64,000 bases of DNA from Octopus sinensis (taxonomy: Eukaryota), in assembly GCF_006345805.1 (NCBI RefSeq), contig NC_043010.1, positions 2,046,001 through 2,110,000 of the forward strand. Direction: 5' to 3'. Each line of letters begins with the position of its first letter. Within the stretch, counting starts at the first letter, position 1. The notes beneath the pieces are model-generated. The model saw only the letters and a program-made list of their open reading frames with translations, was not told the origin of the DNA and made no database searches. The translations under genes were made by a program, and so were the position numbers. Below are positions 24,482 through 34,188 of this stretch, piece by piece.

Positions 24482-26872
24482 TTGAGGTGTTCCTTGTACG
24501 GCTGCCTGTGGCTGTATTTCAACAGCAGACCCTTTCCAAGTATGGCCTGCTTGAAATTCGGCACAGGGTTCCTTTTTAAGCAATGTTGCTTGGTAGACCT
24601 GGTTGTGTTCTTGTTTAGTTACCATGGTAACTGGAATATCATATTGTTCACACACATTTTCTGATTGGTTTCTTTCATCTAGAAATTTGTTATCGGCCTC
24701 TGTGGTGCTTCCATATGGCACGTTCTTTTGATTGTGCCTCTGGACAATACATATTATAACTGAAATTGCTGTTACTATGGTGATAATGACTGCTGCCACA
24801 ACAAAGAGAATCATCAAGTTGATATGTATTCTATTGTCTGTTTCCACATGAACTGTGGTTTGCATTTTGGCTGTTTTGTTGCTAACTGTTAATATTAAAG
24901 ACAAGGTGGTTGTTGCTGACAGGACTGGAGTGCCGCTGTCTTTGACAACAAACAGGAGCTCGTATGAGCCAGCGTCGTTTTGGTAAACGGTACGAGAAAA
25001 AGAGAGAACTCCTGTGTAGGAGTTCACTTTGAATAGTTGTTTCTCGTTTCCTCCAAGTATTTCGTACCTGAGGAAAGCATTGACATGGCTGTCTCTGTCA
25101 GAGGCTCTCAATACTGCAACATCATTCTTGCGATGGGGTTGATAGTGGACATCTAAACTAAAAGGGTTAACACTAGGAAAGGTAAAATAAGGAGCATTAT
25201 CATTTTCATCCATAACCTCAACAACAACATTTGCTGTGTTGTTTAGTGATGGTGTTCCATTGTCTTTGACGAAAACTTTGAATTTGTAAATATCTTGTTG
25301 TTCATAATCTACAGACCGTGTTGTCGAAATGAAACCAAAATCAGAAATTTCAAATGGCAGTATGTGTTGGTCACTAATTAATGAGTAACTAAGTTGACCT
25401 CCTATACCTAAATCAGGGTCAGTCGCGTTAATGAAACCAACAGGAAAGTTTGGCTCTTCATTCTCATAAGTCAGAAACTTGAAAGTGTTTTTGGTGAAGT
25501 GAGGCTTGACATCATTCACATCTGTTACTTGGATGGAGAAATTTCTGTCCGTCCCGAGAGGAACGGACCCTTTGTCCTTGCAGCTAATTCTAAAATCAAG
25601 ATGATTTTCTGTCTCTCTGTCAATCAGATTCTTTACAGTTATTTTATATTTTTTCTTTCCAAGGTTTTGAAGTTGTAACTTGTCGTGTTGAAGTTCGCAA
25701 GTGACTTCTCCATTTTCTCCAACATCATTGTCTGTGACTTTCACGTAAGCTATAAAACTACCCACTTTAACTCCTTCTGATATAGTGAAGGCATTTTCTG
25801 TCGACTCAGAGAAAAAATTAACCTCCACACTTGGAGGATTGTTCAATTGGTTGATAACATTTACAAGAACAATAGCAGTGGAACTAAGAGGAGGGTTACC
25901 ACCATCCATAGCTTCAATGAATAACTTATAGGTTTGCCTTTGTTCAAAGGGGAAATTATCACGATAGAAAATTTCTCCTGTATTTTTAACTAACTCAAAG
26001 TAAGTTTTTGTTAATCCAGCCATCTTTGAACTGAAGTAATATGACACTTGACCATTTTCATCAGAATCGAAATCTTTTGCCAAAACAGTTACAATTGATA
26101 AATTTTTTGGATGAGTATTCCTCAAAGAAACATTATATACACTTTCAGTGAAAATTGGAGGATTATCATTTTCATCTTTTACTAATATTTTAACATTTAA
26201 AACACCTTGCTTCTTAGGAAATCCTCCGTCTTTGGCAATAACTTGCAGTGTATAAGTATCTTTTGTTTCTCGGTCAAGTTTTTCAACTAAGACAATACCC
26301 AGTTTTGCCGTGCCATCTAGTTTTTCATAAACTGACAAATCAAATGGTTCATCTTTGCTTTTTTTCAATACATAAGTTATTAAAGAATTCTGAATTCCAA
26401 GATCTTTGTCTATGGCATTTGGAATTGATAACCGTGACCCTTTCCTGTCTCTTTCTGAGAAATGGATTTCGACTTCATCCACCGTAAATTCTGGTGGGTG
26501 ATCATTAACATCTTCTATAACAACTTTTATTTCCAACACTTTGATAAAGGATTCCTGGTTTTTGACAGCAACTTCAATAGTCTTGAAACAGTCTGTATTA
26601 TATTTACAAAGTGATTCAGCATCAAGAACTTGTGAAGTAAAAAGTTTACCAACTTTTGAAACTCGAAATAATTCAGATTTACTGTTCTTTGCTAATTGAC
26701 TGAATGTTATCTGATCATGGTTTTCTGGAGAGACCGTATCGAAGATGTGTGTATCAGCAGCAATATTCCCCACATAGGTGTCGGAGCTTTTCCCTTCATC
26801 CACTCGGTAAATGAAATCCAAACACCCACATGTGTCAATCAGTAATTGAAGTACGAGCAATTGTAACAACAT
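24482..26872 (-). CDS. Protocadherin, large coding exon: signal peptide, 6 cadherin (EC) repeats, TM helix, proximal cytoplasmic tail (aa 1-797)
   Basis: The 807-aa ORF has an N-terminal hydrophobic signal and linkers DVNDHPP, DENDNPP, NQLNNPP, DVNDVKP and DENDNAP. It also has DxD, LDRE/DYE and xDxGxP motifs, an EC1 C-x5-C (CKYNTDC), and a TM segment at about aa 684-710. A splice donor follows codon Q797 (GT at 24481-24480); the last ORF residues are probably intronic read-through. Family-level call only. Confidence 0.97.
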
Positions 26873-26943
26873 GTTGCCTTGTAACTATGTTTCCAAGTTA
26901 AATTAAAAGTCATTTCAACTCAAGTCCCAGTGAAAAGATTCAA

Positions 26944-26968
26944 TCTGAAAAAAGGAAAGAGAAAATTT
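26944..26968 (-). promoter_or_regulatory. 3' splice acceptor opening the large protocadherin exon, 72 nt upstream of the ATG
   Basis: Minus strand reads TTTTCTCTTTCCTTTTTTCAG|ATTGAATC: a long polypyrimidine tract and CAG, with exon start at 26944. Confidence 0.8.
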
Positions 26969-27329
26969 TAAATAATTAAAAGAACAACAAAAAAAAAAAG
27001 ACATGTCAGCTATATTTTTGTAGCTAAAATTGATAGAATCTAGAAAAATAATGTTTCTTCATTCCTCCTTGGAGGATGTAGTTTTGAACAAAATGAGTTG
27101 ATATCACCAGGTGGTATCCAATGATCATTAGGTGTTTCAGCCTTAAACCGTAATACTCTGTTATAGGTGGGGGTCATCAATGGTGGCCAAATCACTGCTT
27201 ATCATCTCCTCCTGACTTCTGGTTTACCTCCTCTCTCTCTCCCTCTCTCTTGCTCCACATATGGAAAGTGTCATTCAAGTGTCCTGGGCTTATAAGTGGA
27301 TTTAATGGACAGAAACTGTTTAGCAGCAA

Positions 27330-27369
<40 letters not shown>

Positions 27370-27373
<4 letters not shown>

Positions 27374-27476
27374 TATTTAGCAGAAGCAACAAAGTGACTC
27401 AAGGGACGAGAGTTTCATGTGTTGGCACAAAACTCTTGGCCCTTGAGTCACTCTGCTGCTTCTGTTAAAATATTAA
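27370..27476. repeat. Imperfect ~107-nt fold-back derived from a dispersed element also present at 21656-21830
   Basis: 27372-27415 pairs with 27430-27474. GCAGAAGCAAC..AGTGACTCAAGGG..GAGAGTTTCAT is shared with 21663-21701. Confidence 0.8.
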
Positions 27477-27733
27477 TGAAAATATACACAGACTCATATT
27501 TTAAGTTCTATTTTAACTATTTGCATCACTATATCTATCTATCTGTCTGTATATATATATTTATATATATATGTTAAGATATAAGTTAGAGGTTATTCAA
27601 CCATCTAAGGGATAGATGTATCTGTAGGCACTCCTGGTGTATTACCTGAGTATGTATAGTCCTTGTTATAAGGTATACGGTTGTTGGTAATTTAAAGGTA
27701 AAACCGTGGTTTAATATATATAGAAACGATAAT

Positions 27734-27867
27734 AAATGGAGCAATAATTAACAATGAGAAGTGGATCATTGGTGTTTTAAAGTCATTGTTTAATTGAATT
27801 AATTTGACTAAGCAATGACTTTAAAACACCAATGATCCACTTCTCATTGTTAATTATTGCTCCATTT
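27734..27867. repeat. Perfect inverted repeat, 55-bp arms with a 24-nt spacer
   Basis: 27734-27788 is the exact reverse complement of 27813-27867. Confidence 0.95.
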
Positions 27868-27874
27868 CTTATCA

Positions 27875-27926
<52 letters not shown>

Positions 27927-27950
27927 TATATATAAATATATATATATGTA

Positions 27951-28360
27951 TTATGGCTGCCCCCTCGTTATCGAGTATGGCCATTGCACGAAGCTTAACT
28001 GTTACTGGTGCTGTGATCGAATGTGACTTTTTAGCCCAGCTAAAGATCTACAATGTCTTGTACAAAATTGGCAACTAAGACCTTTATTGGTAATAGCCGG
28101 CTGTAGTTGTAACTGGGCTTCATGTACCTTTGCATGTCGTTTAAGTTCTCCTGCCGAATTACACTCTCTTCCACATGCCCGACAGATATGATTAGTATGG
28201 TGTGTTACACCACCACCAGTGGCCAGGTTGTCACTCATCTGTCTCGCTTTATGACTACAAAGATGACTCTTGAGTCCAGCTTTACTGAGGCAGGGTCTTG
28301 CACAGACATTGCATGTCAGCATCAAAGGAAGACCCTTCCCATCTGGAAGTGTAACAGTGT
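27951..28360 (-). mobile_element. 3' end of an RTE-type LINE: open frame with three C2H2-spaced zinc fingers, stop, short stem-loop 3' UTR and (TA)n
   Basis: Fingers CNVCARPCLSKAGLKSHLCSH, CRACGRECNSAGELKRHAKVH and CQFCTRHCRSLAGLKSHIRSQH. The 3' UTR GGCCATACTCGATAACGAGGGGGCAGCCAT has a CTCG/CGAG stem (27964-27975), as in RTE-BovB-like tails. Confidence 0.7.
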
Positions 28361-30175
28361 GTATATATATATATATACACACACACATACATGTGCACAC
28401 ACACATATATAAGTGTATGTTTGGACATGCTCCACTAGCACCACCACAACTCTGACACTGGCTTGTGTTTCTCCCTGTGACTTAGAAGTTCAGTAAAAGA
28501 GATTGATAGAAGAAGTACTAGACTTAAAAGAATAGTACTGGAGTCAATTTGTTCAAAGTAAACACTTCGAGGCAGTGCCCCAGCATGGTCGTAGCCCAAT
28601 GGCTAAAACAAGTAAATAATAAAAAGATAATGTAAGGACAAATGAAGAGATTAGTAGAAAAGTGAGTTAGAAAAGAACTTATAACTTTTTAACAAATGCG
28701 TTTATTGGATAGGTTTAGTTACCACTTAGACATATGTAACATGAAGTTTGCAGCACTCAGAGGAGAGGGTAGCAAAATAAAATAAAATTAAATTGAAAAA
28801 AAAGGATGTAGTTGGTGGGGTTATATAAACCCTAGCATATTAAATTGTGGCAGAGAAATAAATTACTTCACCATTTTCAAAATGAAAAGTTTTACAGATG
28901 CATTCTATCTCAATGTTTTTAAGATATTCTCTTCAAGATCAATAATATTCTTTATTTTTTTTTTTTTAGCAAAAATGTTTCACGATGCTTCGTGGTATTT
29001 CAATAAATTTTTCATTAATCTCCATACAGGAACAAAACCAAAAAAAAAAAGATAATACTAATAATAATAATAAAAAGAAGAGCCAAAAATAAACTAAAAT
29101 AAAACAAAACAAAATAGATAAAAATATTTAGTGTACATTAGCTTGAGCTCGATTTCTACTTTTCATTACATTTTATCATCATCGTCATTATTATTATTAT
29201 CATTTTTATTATGTTATATTTTTTTATTATTTCCTTATTAGTTTCCCTACATTAAACACACACACACACACACACACACTCTCACACGTTATCGATTTAA
29301 ATATACAAGTACTTCCAATTTTAAATAGTCAAATCTAAATTAGTCTACTATTTGAATAAAAATAGCTAAATATAATATGATGACGACGACAACAACAACA
29401 GCAACAACAGCAATATCAAAAAACATCAATAATATTAATAATAGTAACAACAGTACCTGCAAAAATGAATTAAAGCAAAAAAAAATCTAAGAAAAGAAAA
29501 TATTAAAAGTGAAAGTAGAGATAAATGGTGGGTGCAGGGGTGGGGGTGAGAAGCAGGGAGAAGAAAAGGAATAAGAGAAACAATAAGAAAATGTATAGCT
29601 TCCTTGAAGGAATTTCCTCCCCCTTCAGAAAAAAAGGAGGAAGAGGAAAATCTAAAGCAAGGTTTAGAGTTACTTTTAGGTGCAGAAACCTTAACTGGGT
29701 AAAAAAAAAGAAAGAAAGAATGAAAGAAAGAAAATAGAAGATAAAAACCAAAATTAAGCATAATTAAAATATATAAAAAAGACATTAACAAAACTGAGAT
29801 AAAAGCAGGGTAGTACAAGATCTAGTTGCACAACACACAGATATATATACAAGATAGGTTGTGCTTTTCTTAGAATAGGAGAGGATTTTGTTCTGTAGTT
29901 TTTGTTCATTTATATTTTTGGTTGTTATTGTAGTTTTTTTTTTCTTTATATAGCATGCCATGTTCTGTAGAAATTCATGTTAACATTCCATGCTTTGCAC
30001 TTTACTTTCTGTGCAATGGAAGTGGACCATTTTTTTACTTTTTTGTTTTAAACATTTCAATTATTAGTCTAATAGTGTCACCTGCCACACAGGTGTGGAG
30101 ACCTATGTGTACACACATGAAAAAATGCTTAAAAGGAAAGCAAATGTTTATATGTGTATATATATGTGTGTGTGC

Positions 30176-30676
30176 ATCATCATCATCGTGATCATTTAAC
30201 GTCCGCTTTCCATGCAAGCATGGGTTGGACGATTTGACAGTCGAGGCAATGACTAGTGAGTGAGATCGTTGCCAGAGCAACAAGCTGGCCTCCGTGTCGA
30301 TGGCACGTTAAAATCACCATTCGAGTGTGATCGTTACCTGCACTGCCTTGCTAGCACTTGTGCTGGTGGGATGTGAAAAAACATTCAAGCGAGGTCGTTG
30401 CCAGTGCTGCTGGACTGGCTTCTGTGCAGGTGGCACATAAAAAGCACCATTTGAGCATGGCTGTTGCCAGTTTCGCCTGGCTGGCCCTCGTGCCGGTGGC
30501 ACATAAAAGCACCCACTACACTCTTGGAGTGGTTGGTGTTAGGAAGGGCATCCAGCTGTAGAAACTCTGCCTGATCAGATTGGAGTCTGGTGCCACCATC
30601 TGGTTTGCCAAACCTCAGTCAAATCGTCCAACCCATGCTAACATGGAAAGCGGACATTAAACGACGATGATAATGA
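30176..30676 (+). mobile_element. Retroposon family A ((GAT)n tail, internal ~65-bp tandem units) with an additional inverted tail at the left end
   Basis: Body GGAGTGGTTGGTGTTAGGAAGGGCATCCAGC...CCAACCCATGCTAACATGGAAAGCGGACATTAAACGACGATGAT. The left end is the reverse complement of that tail. Confidence 0.8.
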
Positions 30677-31450
30677 CAGTCAATTATGCAGCATATTTAA
30701 TTGAGATCTCTGCCTGACATATGTTTCTTCTGCACGGAAATCTTGCAGTGTGGTATACATTTGCCTCTTGTTTGTTCATCTGATTAAGAATCTGTGCAGT
30801 TTTATTCAAGGTGTTGCCACTATTATAGTTTGAAGTGAACTAGACGTATGATGGTTTTGAATTGTCTAAAGCTTGCTTCCCAACCACTTGGTTCTGGGTT
30901 CAGTCCCACTGCATGACACCTTGGGCAAGTATCTTCTACTAAAGCCTCAGGCTGACCAAAGCCTTGTGAGTGGACTTGGGAAGACAGATACCATATTTAG
31001 TGTGGGTGAAAGGTAAGGTTGAATACTAAAAAAAAAGCGAAAAAAAAAGCCAAAGACATAGAGACACAGGAACTTACCTATATAATTACATATACATATA
31101 TATACATTCATGTCATATATATATCTTGTTTGCAATGAAATTGTGGGAGGGAGCTTGAAAGTGGTTTCTTTCAGTTGCTCCCTATTTGTTTCCCTCGAGT
31201 AACTTATGCTGCATAAAGGTGAATATCGTCATGGTTAAGATTGGGGTTTGGGTTTATATATATAACTGAACATCAATGTAATTTGTGTCTTGAAAGAATT
31301 GGGTGTCTTCCCTCTTTCTCTTTTTATCTTTTCTTTTTCTGCTGCTTAGGTAAATCTGAAAAGAAATAAAAAGGAGGAAAATGTAAAAATTAAGAGAATT
31401 TATAGTAAGAAATATGAAAATAATTAAATTAGTTTAATTGTGTCTCAGGA

Positions 31451-31780
31451 GGGTCATAATGTCAATAATAAACACATACACTGGTCATATTTCACTTCTT
31501 TATTTTGATTTGTCAACTGGATAACTGTTTAACCAATTAACTAATCAACTGTTTGATTAATCGGCCAATAAGGCAGATCTGAAGCATATTTGGAGTAGCG
31601 AAGGCATGTGACTGATGAGGTCACAAATGGCAACAAAAGGACCTTGATGAGCTTAACTAGTTGGCAGACTGGTCAAACTATTAATCAAACAATCGATTAT
31701 TTAATTGGTTAAATTGACAAATAATAATAAAAGTAGTGAAATACAACCAGAGCATGTGTTTATTATTGTTGTAATGACCC
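31451..31780. repeat. Imperfect long inverted repeat (~100-bp arms)
   Basis: CAATAATAAACACAT...TATTTCACT...TTTGTCAA...TTAACCAATTAA...TGTTTGATTAAT pairs with its reverse complement at about 31678-31768. The outer GGGTCAT/ATGACCC also pair. Confidence 0.75.
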
Positions 31781-32493
31781 TTCCAAAATACAACAAATTA
31801 CATCTCAACTCATGAATTCACATCAGGAATCTTGCAAACAAAATAGAAAATTTACATCAATGCTGGTTTCTAATTTAGGCACAATGCCAACAATTCAAAG
31901 GGGGATGGGTCAGTCCATTATAACATGCCTAATATGTATTTGTGTGTTTGCATATTCCTTTGAAAGCCAGTGTTGGTTTGTTTACAACACTGTAATTTAG
32001 CAGTTCGTCAAAAGATTTTATCAATATCAAAGAGATGGATGAAAGGTTAAGTTGACATCTGAGGGATTCAAGGTAGAAATGATTTCCAACACACCACTGG
32101 TTCGACTAACTTGCTGCCCTTACATAATATGATTAAATAATGAAGAGAGAAAGATTCAGTTTCAAAATATAAGCACAAAGACTAATATATATAGATTGTT
32201 GTTTCAGTAATTAAGATGCTGCCTTCAAGCGATTTTACTATCAATCAAACTGACAGCAGCACTTATTTCAGTCTGTTTCATGTTTGTCAATACTTATTTA
32301 TGAAACCATGAAACCATTAAGTTATGGAACGTTAAGGCACGCAATATAAATACAACACCGACAGTTATAAGCATATGGTTCTGAGTTCAGTCCCACTGCA
32401 TGACACCATCGGTAGGTGTCTCCTACTATAGCCCCAGGTCAACCAAAGTTTTGTGAGTGGATTTGGTAGAGATGGAAACTGAAAGAAAGTTTG

Positions 32494-32830
32494 CCATCAT
32501 CATCATTGTTTAACGTCCGTTTTCTATGCTGGCATGGGTTGGACGGTTCGACTGGAGTCTGGGAAGCCAGGAAGCTGCACCAGGTTCCAGTCTGATCTGG
32601 CAGTATTTCTACAGCTGGATGCCCTTCCTAACGCCAACCACTCCGAGAGTGTAGTTTGTGCTTTTTACATGCCACCAGAGGGAGCTGGCATCGACCATGA
32701 TCAGATGGTGCTTTTTATGTGCCACCAGCACAGGAGCCAGTTGAGGCAAGGGAGCTGGCTTCGACCACATTCAGATGGTGCTTTTTATGTGCCACCAGCG
32801 TGGGGACCACAACTACAATTTCCATTTGAT
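32494..32830 (-). mobile_element. Retroposon family A
   Basis: Same body and tail in reverse, with 3 internal units. Other copies: 7440-7700(+), 19051-19285(-), 33230-33500(+), 57720-57925(+) and 40170-40360(+, diverged). Confidence 0.8.
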
Positions 32831-33614
32831 TTGATGTACTTGACGCAATAGGTCTCCTCAAGCACAGCATATCACCCTACGATCCAAAGGTACTTTTGTG
32901 TGGGCTGGTTATGCAACACTGGTGTAGGTTACAGACAGCTGTGATCTCATTTTATTTGCCGGGTCTTCTCAGTCACAGCATATCTCTAGAGGTCTCGGCT
33001 CTTCATCATTGCCTCTGTGGGGCCCAACATTTGAAAGTTATGCTTCACTACCTTACCCCATGTCTTCCTGGGTCTCCTTCTATCCTGGATTCCTTCCACT
33101 GTTTGGCAGTGGCACTTCTTCACACAGCACTCTGGTTTACAATACAGGTGACTAGGACATTGCCCACAACACTAGATGTTTTAAGCATCTCAGCAGTGAT
33201 TCCTGATGGGCCGGGGGCTTATATACATATGCCAGCACCGCCTCGACTGGCTTCCGTGCCGGTGGCACATAAAATACACCAATCTGACCGTGACCGTTGC
33301 CAGCCTCGCCTGGCACCTGTGCAGGTGGCACGTAAAAAGCACCCACTACACTCACGGAGTGGTTGGCGTTAGGAAGGGCATCCAGCTGTAGAAACATTGC
33401 CAGATTAGACTGGAGCCTGGTGCAGCCTTCTGGCTTCCCAGAACCCCGGTCGAACCGTCCAACCCATGCTAGCATGGAGAACGGACGTTAAACGATGATA
33501 TATACATATACATAAATTAATAGTAATGGTAAGACAACAAAAGAATGAAAGAGACCTCGATATTACGTAGATTGAGGAATTTATCTGTAATATAATATGT
33601 GACAATTATTCGGT

Positions 33615-33782
33615 TGCTATAATAAAACTCTGAGTTTCAGATGTCGGGGCAGAAATCTGCTCCAGTATCTCTTCAGTTATCGAGGCAATCAAAATATGCC
33701 TATTTTGATTGCCTCGATAACTGAAGGGATGCCAGTGCAGGTTTCTGCCCCAACATCTGAAATTCGGAATTTTATTATGGCA
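33615..33782. repeat. Long hairpin, 73-bp core arms (63/73 identical, inner 26 bp perfect) with a 4-nt loop
   Basis: 33624-33696 vs 33701-33773; the differences are mostly transitions. Confidence 0.9.
33621..33681 (-). ncRNA. Minimal type I hammerhead ribozyme-like motif
   Basis: Minus strand reads GAUAA-CUGAAGA-GAU...AUC-U-GAAAC-UCAGAGUU-UUAUU. All core nucleotides are present, stem I is 5 bp, stem III is ACUC/GAGU, and the triplet GUU ends at 33626. Confidence 0.6.
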
Positions 33783-33802
33783 TATATATATATATATATA
33801 TA

Positions 33803-34188
33803 TCTTCTCTCTATATAAACGGCAGTTTGTCTGTGCGTGTTTCTGTGTGTCTGTTTGCTTGTACCCTCACCCTGACCACGGCTTTCAACCGATTCTGATG
33901 AAACTTGACACACACATAGCCCAATGTCATAATTCAAAACTAACGCAGCGAAAATTTTGAAAAGTTCCCCCAGTTCTGAAAAAAATCGATAAATTCGACA
34001 TGGGGTCGAGAATCAGAAACACGAACCACAAACTGTCTAGGGGACGCAACTCCACTTTTTTTAAATCTCAAAAAAAAATTTACCATCATTTTTTTCCATT
34101 TTTTTGCTATTTTTTGGCTATAACTCTCTAAAAATGCTTTATAGTTATTTCCCTTACAAACCTGAGCAACGCCGGGCGATACTGCTAG
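33803..34188 (+). mobile_element. Non-autonomous Helitron, copy 2
   Basis: Same termini as 1035-1420 and nearly the same sequence, with only a handful of substitutions and homopolymer differences seen. Confidence 0.85.

Noticed and set aside
28900-29900. Strong minus-strand polypyrimidine/AG sites and a 3' UTR-like composition
   Set aside because: No coding exon or matching donor could be tied to them, and T-rich tracts are common here.
30270-30510. Regularly spaced repeats as a CRISPR-like array
   Set aside because: This is eukaryotic DNA, the inter-repeat segments are homologous to one another rather than unique spacers, and no cas genes are present.
32672-32685. CTCF-like CCACCAGAGGGAGC, and a weaker TCACCAGGTGGTAT near 27105
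   Set aside because: The first lies within a family A repeat unit and the second has mismatches at key positions. No recurring promoter-linked pattern supports a vertebrate-like CTCF code.
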